Source: Octopus vulgaris (lineage: Eukaryota). From it: DNA of 64,000 nt. The stretch spans positions 45,074,001-45,138,000 of the forward strand of contig OX597834.1 in the NCBI GenBank assembly GCA_951406725.2, written 5' to 3'. Below, piece by piece: positions 55,846 through 64,000 of this stretch (the stretch's first letter is position 1; every line of letters begins with the position of its first letter). The position numbers were made by a program, and so were the translations under genes. The notes under the pieces were generated by a model. That model did not search any database. It was not told the DNA's origin and worked only from the letters and a program-made list of their open reading frames with translations.

Positions 55846-56745
55846 CAATAAAACAGTGGTCTAGAAATTAATAAAAAAAGAAAAAGATACCGTCAGTGCA
55901 AAATAAAAATCTCAGGTTCAGTTTTGGTCTTTGCTACTCCAATAAAATGTCCGCCCTTAAAAGTACTGGAGCTAAAACTGAAACTGATATCAACGACTTA
56001 GCTAATAAGATGAAAATAGTCCGACTGAGAGGGAGATGTCTATCAGTATAAATCCATTTGAGAAATAAAGAACGAAAGAAAGAAACACCGACGACCAAAT
56101 GAAGTCGTAACCAACAGATTTGATCGCGACAAATACCGCGATAAATTCTTCTATTTTCAAATAGCTAATATTAGTTCTGTACATGGTAATTCTTTTGGTG
56201 TGATTATATCCTAGCAGCATCGATAAGACATTATGGCGATTTCTATTTTTCGGCGGCGCTATTACCATTTTATTTATAGTAATTCCAATCAGATTTAGAA
56301 TCAGTCCAATGGCTTAGAGTATCTATTTTGTCTACGTTGTCATCCAGTCATCAAGAGTTTATCGATTTACATTATAAACACGTTGAAGAAATTTAATGAA
56401 TAGATATACTAAGCGATGGGTGGTAATCACGAAGATTTTTGCGGTTGTTGCGTTACTTTCATTACATACATACATTCATACATACTTACGTACACACAAA
56501 ACACGTTTTTATATATGCGTATATACATACACGCACGCACGCACACAGATATATATACTTATATATGATTCAGTTAGCAAATGAAAGATGATGGTATTCA
56601 ACACATTTGATAAGGGTTACGCCTAATATTTAATACAGTCGACTAAGCTCCTTGCACCTTAATGTCTTCAAGGCTCCAAAATGAGTTCTAAATGTTAGGT
56701 ATCTACTAGCGAGCTCACGACCAGTGGTTTTATTATTATTTCTTT

Positions 56746-56866
56746 ATAGGATGAAAGGCAAAGTCGACCTCCTCGGCGGAATTTGAACTCAAAAATGTAA
56801 CGGCAGACGAAAAACCGCTAAGCATTTCGCCCGGCGTCCTAAAGTTTCTGCCAGCTCGCCGCCTTC
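56746..56866 (-). mobile_element. SINE family B, 5' half
   Basis: aggatgaaaggcaaagtcgacctc...ctgccagctcgccgcct. Confidence 0.88.
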
Positions 56867-57099
56867 CATGGTTTTATTATTCTGGCAGGTCCACGTGAAC
56901 GGAGAGGGTATTGGTAGTTACCTCTTGCCGCTACATCTAGAAACTATGGTATTGTATAAAGAACGACATCAGTTCATTACATTTATGGTAGAGCGGGTTT
57001 TTGTTGCGTTTTACTGGCAGACCATTCCTTATAGCGGCAGCAGGATTTCCCTAAGAGCAACCAGATTTCATAGAGTTAAGCTAGATTGTCAGCATGTGT

Positions 57100-58700
57100 A
57101 GGGTTGTGGGCTATACGTAGGACAAGATTGACGTGGTTTACCCTTGAGTAAGGAACTAGTAAGCTTAAAGTGCAGCAGGATGTTGGGGATCGAAGTTCAT
57201 TAATTCTCCGAGACAAATCAAAGAACATAAATGAGACAATCATTTTCACACACACAATATTTCTTACAGACACAATCACAATCGTCTCATCGTGAATGCT
57301 AGAGAGACAACGCTGGTTCAAGATAATTCCTACCGAGTGAAGAAATAAGGTGACGTCGTGTTCTGTTGAGTGTAACGATGATGTTGAGATCACTAAGCCC
57401 TTCGGGTTTTTTATCTTGGATACTCTAAGGAAATGCACAGCGCCAAGCGTTCGACTGTGTATGGGGCTGATGGCGTAGTATTCACAAACAATATGAACAA
57501 CCTTGCCATGAGCACGCCCAGGAAAAATCTGATGCAGACCATCAAAGATTTCTGCTTCTCTATAACGGTCAACTATCGATTTGGCAAATGTCGACTTAGA
57601 GACGTAAGCCGAGACCTGAGGACGGGAAATCACTACACTTTCAGAAAACCTAACGAGGAATTTGTGTGACTACGGCATCTCAAACGCCGCCCCCAGCTAC
57701 AATTAGGTGTTAGTAGAAGAACCTATAAATTATCAAAGGGTGGAAATATCTCCAATAGGGCCAGAACAGTATAAGAAGTCACTGGGGGAGCAGATTCACT
57801 AAGAAGGTTATATATACGGATAAAATCACACATCTAATCCACACCAGAAGAGAATCAGAAAGAAAAATATAATGTGAGTGAATCCTGCATTTAATCTTGC
57901 AGCTTAGTACTTGCAGCTGACACAGCAAGGCGCTCCTTGACGCTCACTAAGAAACACTACAATAACAGGAACAGTTTTTGCATTTAAGATGCCACATTCT
58001 TTGTTTGTATTCATAGGTCGAAAATTCTATATCATACAACACCCACACTCGAACACGGATAGAAATATTTTTAAAAGTCATTTCCGGAAAACACAAAATA
58101 CAAAATTTCTAGATAGTAATCATATAACTTCTAAAACAATGAACTCTTTGAGAGAAATATGCTGACCTAGATCATTTTTTGAATATTAACGTCGAAGATA
58201 AATAAATATTCACATTAAAAGCACAATAGCATACTGAACTAAACTCTGAACTTCAATCTTTCCTTTTGCAAAATCATTATTTAAAGCTCCCAGTAGTGCC
58301 CAAATAAAAGCAAGAACAGCAAAAGCCAGTGACGCATCCCCTGATGATCATACATCTTCTACCTACCTCCAGCCTTTCGAGAGCCGGAAAAGGCGAATCT
58401 CATAACCTGAAGCTAACACAGCAAATCAGACAAACTTGATAATAAGGTTCAACAGAGATGAATGATTCTTGACCAATAAGATAATCCCACGTTTAATCAA
58501 TAAAAAAAAATGTCTGCAACTCATACAATTCTACAACTTAATTATCATTCAAAAAATCTCAAATTAATCTATAAAAAAGGAAATCGGGTCTACCACTGTC
58601 TCATGGAAGCTAACGTGGCCGAAACTTTGCAGCCACTACCAAACTGTTTTGGTTAAGGATTAACAAATTTGTAGTCTAGAAAAGTATTGAGTAACCCTTC
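57100..58700 (+). pseudogene. Penelope-like (Naiad-type) RT plus GIY-YIG relic, frameshifted
   Basis: In order: LIVNARETTLVQDNSYRVKK, FGFFILDTL, VYGADGVV (cf. LYRDDGL), LRDVSRDLRTGNHYTFRKPNE (cf. FLDVTLDL..G.Y.PFRKPN), GVSRRTYKLS, KSHF, VSWKL...ICSLEKY. Confidence 0.7.
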
Positions 58701-58784
58701 AGTTAAATAATGTAAGAGTAAGCTTGTTCATATTATAACATAATGAAAATCATTACTATATACATATATATATATATATATATA

Positions 58785-58946
58785 TTCACATTACATTTGA
58801 CGGATATTTGTCCCCATCTTTGTTGTTAACACAACGTTTCGTTTGATATACCCTCCAGTCTTCATCAGATGTCTTGGGGAAATTTCAAACCTGGGTTCTC
58901 ATTCCTATGGTATTTTTCGATGTTATCATCGTCGTCGTCGTCGTCG

Positions 58947-58990
<44 letters not shown>

Positions 58991-59133
58991 CTTGTTCTTC
59001 TTGTTCTTGTTCTTCTTCTTCTTCTTCTTCTTCTTCTTCTTCTTCTTCTTCTTCTTCTTCTTCTTCTTCAGGTCACTGCTTGGAATCGAACTCGCGGGTT
59101 AGTAGCCCGCGCTCTTAACCAGTACGCCATAAA
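58785..59133 (-). mobile_element. SINE family E: tRNA head, trinucleotide array, hammerhead-bearing tail
   Basis: Minus strand TGGCGTACTGGttaag (A-box), GAGTTCGATTCC (B-box), (gaa)n(caa)n(cga)n, then a hammerhead motif, ending at (TA)n. Confidence 0.7.
58828..58873 (-). ncRNA. Minimal type I hammerhead ribozyme motif
   Basis: gacat-CTGATGA-a-gactggagggtatatcaaac-GAAA-cgtt-gtgtt; intact core, stem I gacat/gtgtt, palindromic ACGT stem III, eroded stem II. Confidence 0.65.
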
Positions 59134-59169
59134 AAGGTTGTGACTGCTCTTTTGGCGCTACTAGATTCT

Positions 59170-59345
59170 TTCAATCAATGGTGATAAACATCAGTTTTCG
59201 TAGTTGCTGGTCTCTCTCTGCTTAGTTTGCTTTCAGTGGAGGTTCCCCAATCCGTAAAATTCTGCATCCTACTCTAAATATTGACCTTATTAATGGCGGC
59301 CATCTGGATAAACAACCTGTTGCTATCTGAGGAGATGAAGCCTCC
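59170..59345 (+). pseudogene. Very degenerate LINE reverse-transcriptase fragment
   Basis: VVAGLS...gaggttccccaa (cf. GVPQ)...ILHPTL...LIN at the spacing of the GVPQGS.L.P.LF...IND block. Confidence 0.4.
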
Positions 59346-59530
59346 TACAAGACCAGTTTTGTCAAGAACACAATGACGGCACGTGGCTTCGTTTTAGAAC
59401 ACATTTATTCCTGCTGTGAATAGGATACATTGAACCCCGTTCTTTGTCACTTAGAACACAACATTCCTCTATGTATACAAAGATACACTCATACACATAC
59501 ATACCTACATCAGACAGACACACAGATAGG

Positions 59531-59565
<35 letters not shown>

Positions 59566-60105
59566 GCGTGCATATATAGTAATATATGTATGTGTGTATC
59601 TATATAATTTATACGTGTATACATAGGGAGATGTGTATGTGTCCGTGTTGATATATATATACATATTTATATGTATGTATAAACATGTGTGTGCACATCC
59701 ATGTATATATACATACGCATAGAGTCAAACGCAGTTGCATGTATGTATGGGCATCTAACTTCACTGCACGAGAGAAATGTAGAAACGTGCCTCTGCTTGC
59801 ATAGAACACCAATCGTGTTATAATGACTGTACGACTGGATGATAGACGTAAAATGAAGCCCCTTAACTAGTAAATGAATGGTGGATAATAAATAATAAAT
59901 ACATGTACAAATAAATATATAAATAAATAAATATAGACAGAAAGGCAGAAAGAAAGTGAGAGGGGGAGAAATCAACGAAACGAACTGGAAGCGAAGACAG
60001 TGAAGATATATATGTGAGTGTGTGTGTGTGTGTGTGTGTGCATACATCTGTATAAAATATGTGAGAGTTTTTGTGAGTGCATATATATATATATATATAT
60101 GTCTG

Positions 60106-60202
<97 letters not shown>

Positions 60203-60227
60203 GTATGTATGTATGTATGTATGTATG

Positions 60228-60261
<34 letters not shown>

Positions 60262-60603
60262 TGTATGTATGTATGTTTATGTATTTCGCATATGCCTATA
60301 AACCAGCAGTAGGTTTCATTATGCTTCGGTAGAATATGCCGTGAAAATTTGGTGTTTATGAATAAATGGTGGTCGGGAAGAGGGTTGCTTATGATCTCAG
60401 TTGAAAAGATGTTCAAAAGATTTTATCGGCGGAAATGCAGCCGGAAATGGCCTTGTGACACGTTATTAATCGTTGACTAGTTTCTTCACAGTTCACAGCA
60501 TATTTGTGGGTAGGTGTGCCCGTGCGTGTGTGTGTGTGTGTGTGTGCATGTGTGTGCATGTGTGTGCGTGTGTGTATGAGATGACTGTGTGTGTGTGTGT
60601 CCT

Positions 60604-60636
<33 letters not shown>

Positions 60637-60637
60637 G

Positions 60638-60713
<76 letters not shown>

Positions 60714-60818
60714 TATATGTGTGTGCGTGTCTATATTACAAAAGCATATATGCTCATAGAAATTAATATATGCGCTTGTATAGTATATATATATGTATAT
60801 ATATATGCATACACATGC

Positions 60819-60860
<42 letters not shown>

Positions 60861-61614
60861 TTATATATTCGGCATGGTGTTTGTGGTGGTATTCGTAGTG
60901 GTTCTCGTGGTTATTCCTTCTTGCCTCATCAAGTTTGAAAGTTAACAAATGTTATGATGGCGACCAGTCATACGTTGTGATTTATTTATCCGTTCATTTG
61001 TGTCTTTCGTCCATAGTTGCTTACTTATTCATGCATCAATTCATTTGCGTTCTCCGTATGCAGAGGCATGTTTCGCGTGACAACGTGACTGAAAGGATGT
61101 CGACTCTCTTCTGCCGCTGACCTGGTTACCAGTGTCGTATTTGTCGTCGTCGTATTTGAATACCGCAACTTCTATGACAGTGAATATGGTGGTGGTGATG
61201 ATGATGATGATGATGAGATTGGTGATCACGATGACGACGACAGCGATGATAATGATGATAATGATGATGAGGATTGGGAGGAGATGTATATTGCTGAAGT
61301 CGATGCTTGAACTGATAAACGAGACTAAAGAAAAAGACGTTTATCATTATGATGATGATGATGACGATGATGATGCTGCTTCTGATAATGATAGTGGAGG
61401 AGGTGGGTGTGGTTCAGGTAGTTGCTGTGGTGGCAGGGTTAAAGATGGCGGTGGAAATGGGGATGGAGTTATTGCTGATGGTGTTGGAGATAAGGAGCGA
61501 GTTATTAGGCGAAATATGGCGGATGCAATGGAGATTTGCGATAAGTGCAAAAAGTTCACACTTGTAGTCGTAGCGATACTGCTTTTTTTTCGTTCAAATA
61601 TGACTCGTAATAAA

Positions 61615-61762
<148 letters not shown>

Positions 61763-61927
61763 ATTTTCTCAAGTTTTCTTGAATATTCACTAGAACACTA
61801 CTCTGTACAAAACCAAATATAATATATCCTAGATATAACACCAATATGAACTTCTAACATGTTTTCTCTTGAGGTCTCTGGGTGAGGCTTGGATCAAACT
61901 TGTACAAATTCAAAGCAAATGTCAAAC
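61763..61927 (+). mobile_element. Probable Dong/R4-clade LINE 3' UTR fragment
   Basis: Unique 165 bp between two AAT/AAC arrays; gaggtctctgggtgaggcttgga resembles Dong/Rex6-type 3' UTR motifs as recalled; no coding part present. Confidence 0.45.
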
Positions 61928-62289
61928 AACAACAACAACAACAACAATAATAATAATAATAATAATAATAATGATAATAATAATAATAATAATAATAAGA
62001 AGAAGAAGAAGAAGAAGAATGAGGATGATGATGATCATCATTATGTCATTTTTTGTCATCAGGGCGAAGGTGAGGGGAACAATACAAGGACAGTCATAAT
62101 GTGTGGGGGTTTACGTCTAATGAGATGATAGAAAACTATACAATAAAAAATATACACAGTATACAATGAAAATGACGATACATATACATAATATACAAAC
62201 GTTAAAAAATTGATAGAGATGTAGTCTTCCTGATATAGGATGACCAGGAACAAGTGTCCCTACCAATTCCTTCTCTCCGACTCATGGGT

Positions 62290-62830
62290 CTATATTTACA
62301 GAGATACAATCCATTCTTGTTATTTTCGAAACTTTCACCCATCTTTCATTAATTTCACTCGAGGGCAGCACGACCCTCTTCAGATTTCATGAGAAACTTG
62401 ACGAAGTCAATGTGACTTCTACCAAAGAGGAATGTATCTGTCTTCATATCTTTCAGGCTTGTCCATCATGTGAAGAGAAACTATCATGTGAAGAGAAACT
62501 ATCCTGCCTGCCCGATCGAAACGGGCGGAAGGGCAATCATTACCACAGACGGGGCAGAAAGACGGATCAGACCCACACGTGACAGCTGTTGTTCGACATT
62601 ATCCCCACAAGTTGGCAATGTCCGGACATTGAACGGCGCACCCCGAACAAGCTCGTCTGACTGCACATCCGTGTCTGCAGAGTTTATCTTGGACCAGTAG
62701 CACCTACAGTATCACTTCCAAGTCAAGGACATCTGGAAATTGTCCATGATAGTTCCCCACCGAAAGCCCTCCAGAACAGACTAACCAGTTCGTTTTCGTC
62801 GGTGCCCAGATTCTACCCGAAAATGTCATC
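62290..62830 (-). mobile_element. Tx1/L1-clade LINE relic, diverged relative of 50330-51134
   Basis: NLGTDENELVSLF...MDNFQMSLTWK...QDKLCRHG...CSGC..QCP...WTSLKDMKTDTFLFG...RWVKV; 18-bp tandem duplication atcatgtgaagagaaact near 62465. Confidence 0.75.
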
Positions 62831-63489
62831 ACACTTTCCCACCACTAATTATCTGCATGTTTCTAAAGCGGAAAGTCCAGTGATCCCATTGCCCGATTGG
62901 TAGAGGGCTGTAAGCACCTGGCGAAATTCTAATCTTATAATAATTATGCTTGGCTTCCCGTTATTTAGCCCGTCCGTAACATTTTCACGTGATTAATTGA
63001 AGAGGGAGAGGGAGAGGGGTATGGTGTGGGATGGAGGGGAGTTGTTAGGAGAGGGAGAAGAGGAGGGGATGAGGTGATAAGTAAAATGTGTCATTTGTTT
63101 TTTTTTATTATTTTTTTCCTCGTTACTTTTCCACCTGTAAAGCTTTCACGTTATTAGTTGAAAGGAAAGGAGAAGAGCGAGGGAAAAAGAGGTTAAAACG
63201 AAGAATGAGAGAAAAAAGAAGGAGAGTGCTGTCTATTAAGTTTGTTGAATTGTACATAAAATATATAAAGTGTATCTGTGAAGTGTATTAAGTAATTATC
63301 GTATTCCAATTTCCTTCACTTTTCACTGATTAGTAGATGAGTGGCTATCTTTTGAAACTTGCACATCAAAGGCTATGCTTTCGGATAAACTTTTTAGAAA
63401 ACTTTTTAGAAATAAACCAATAAGTTTACCATTAATTCCGTGAAATATTCAGGGGTCCCGATAGTAAAAATAATAATAATAATAATAAT

Positions 63490-63522
<33 letters not shown>

Positions 63523-63523
<1 letters not shown>

Positions 63524-64000
63524 CCCTGATGCAGTACCAGGCAGTGGCTCTCATGGCTTCTGATCTTAACTGATGGGAAGTGTTATCATGTACATTGTTT
63601 TGTCTTGGTATAAAAGATGGGCTACAGCAAATATTCTGCTCAATACCACAGATTTTCTTGTCAGTTGTTTGACCTTAACCAGTTGAGCATGTCCCTTAGT
63701 GGCTGACGATATGTGTATCTCTGATCACGAGCAGAAGTAGTGGGGGAGCATCATAGCCATGTGTTGCGAGGGATTCTTTGGGGTTTGAATAATTCACCTC
63801 TGGAAACATGGGTGGTTCTTTCAACATCCTTAAACAACCCTTATTCAGGGACCTTTTGAGCAGGACGGGCTACTCAACCTGAAGAAAATTCTAACTGGGC
63901 CCCACCTGCAAGGTCATGTGCTGTTTATCTTGATATGAGATCACCATGTCGCGCACATATGGTTGTGATGCATGTGCCTGGTGTACCCTTATCAGACGGG
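63523..64000 (+). mobile_element. Element T, second copy (runs off the window end)
   Basis: Starts immediately after (AAT)n: gccctgatgcagtaccaggcagtggctctcatggc...; reverse complement of 35538-36010. Confidence 0.85.

Noticed and set aside
57076-57633. 185-aa minus-strand ORF
   Set aside because: Antisense shadow of the plus-strand Penelope-like RT relic

Overview
AT-rich eukaryotic non-coding DNA, saturated with microsatellites ((TA)n, (TG)n, (GATA)n, (TAA)n, (CTA)n) and retroelement debris. The repeat families and microsatellite density look like an octopus (coleoid cephalopod) genome; this is recognition from memory, not a database result. No intact host protein-coding gene or exon could be supported, and nearly all ORFs in the track are microsatellite artefacts. 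Recognisable content: at least five tRNA-derived SINE families (working names A-E, about 30 copies), 3' fragments of CR1, Tx1/L1 and probably Dong/R4 LINEs, two Penelope-like (Naiad-type) remnants, mariner and maT/Tc1 transposase relics, several fold-back elements, a 30-nt U2 snRNA 5' fragment and several minimal hammerhead-ribozyme motifs. Most interesting: a Pol III tRNA-headed SINE ending in a Penelope-type hammerhead ribozyme (58785-59133); a palindromic element whose consensus may hold a U3:A8 hammerhead variant; two SINE-LINE shared-tail pairs visible within the window (SINE-A with CR1, SINE-B variant with Tx1); and elements sitting inside (TAA)n or (GATA)n arrays. Coordinates were read by eye and boundaries are approximate.
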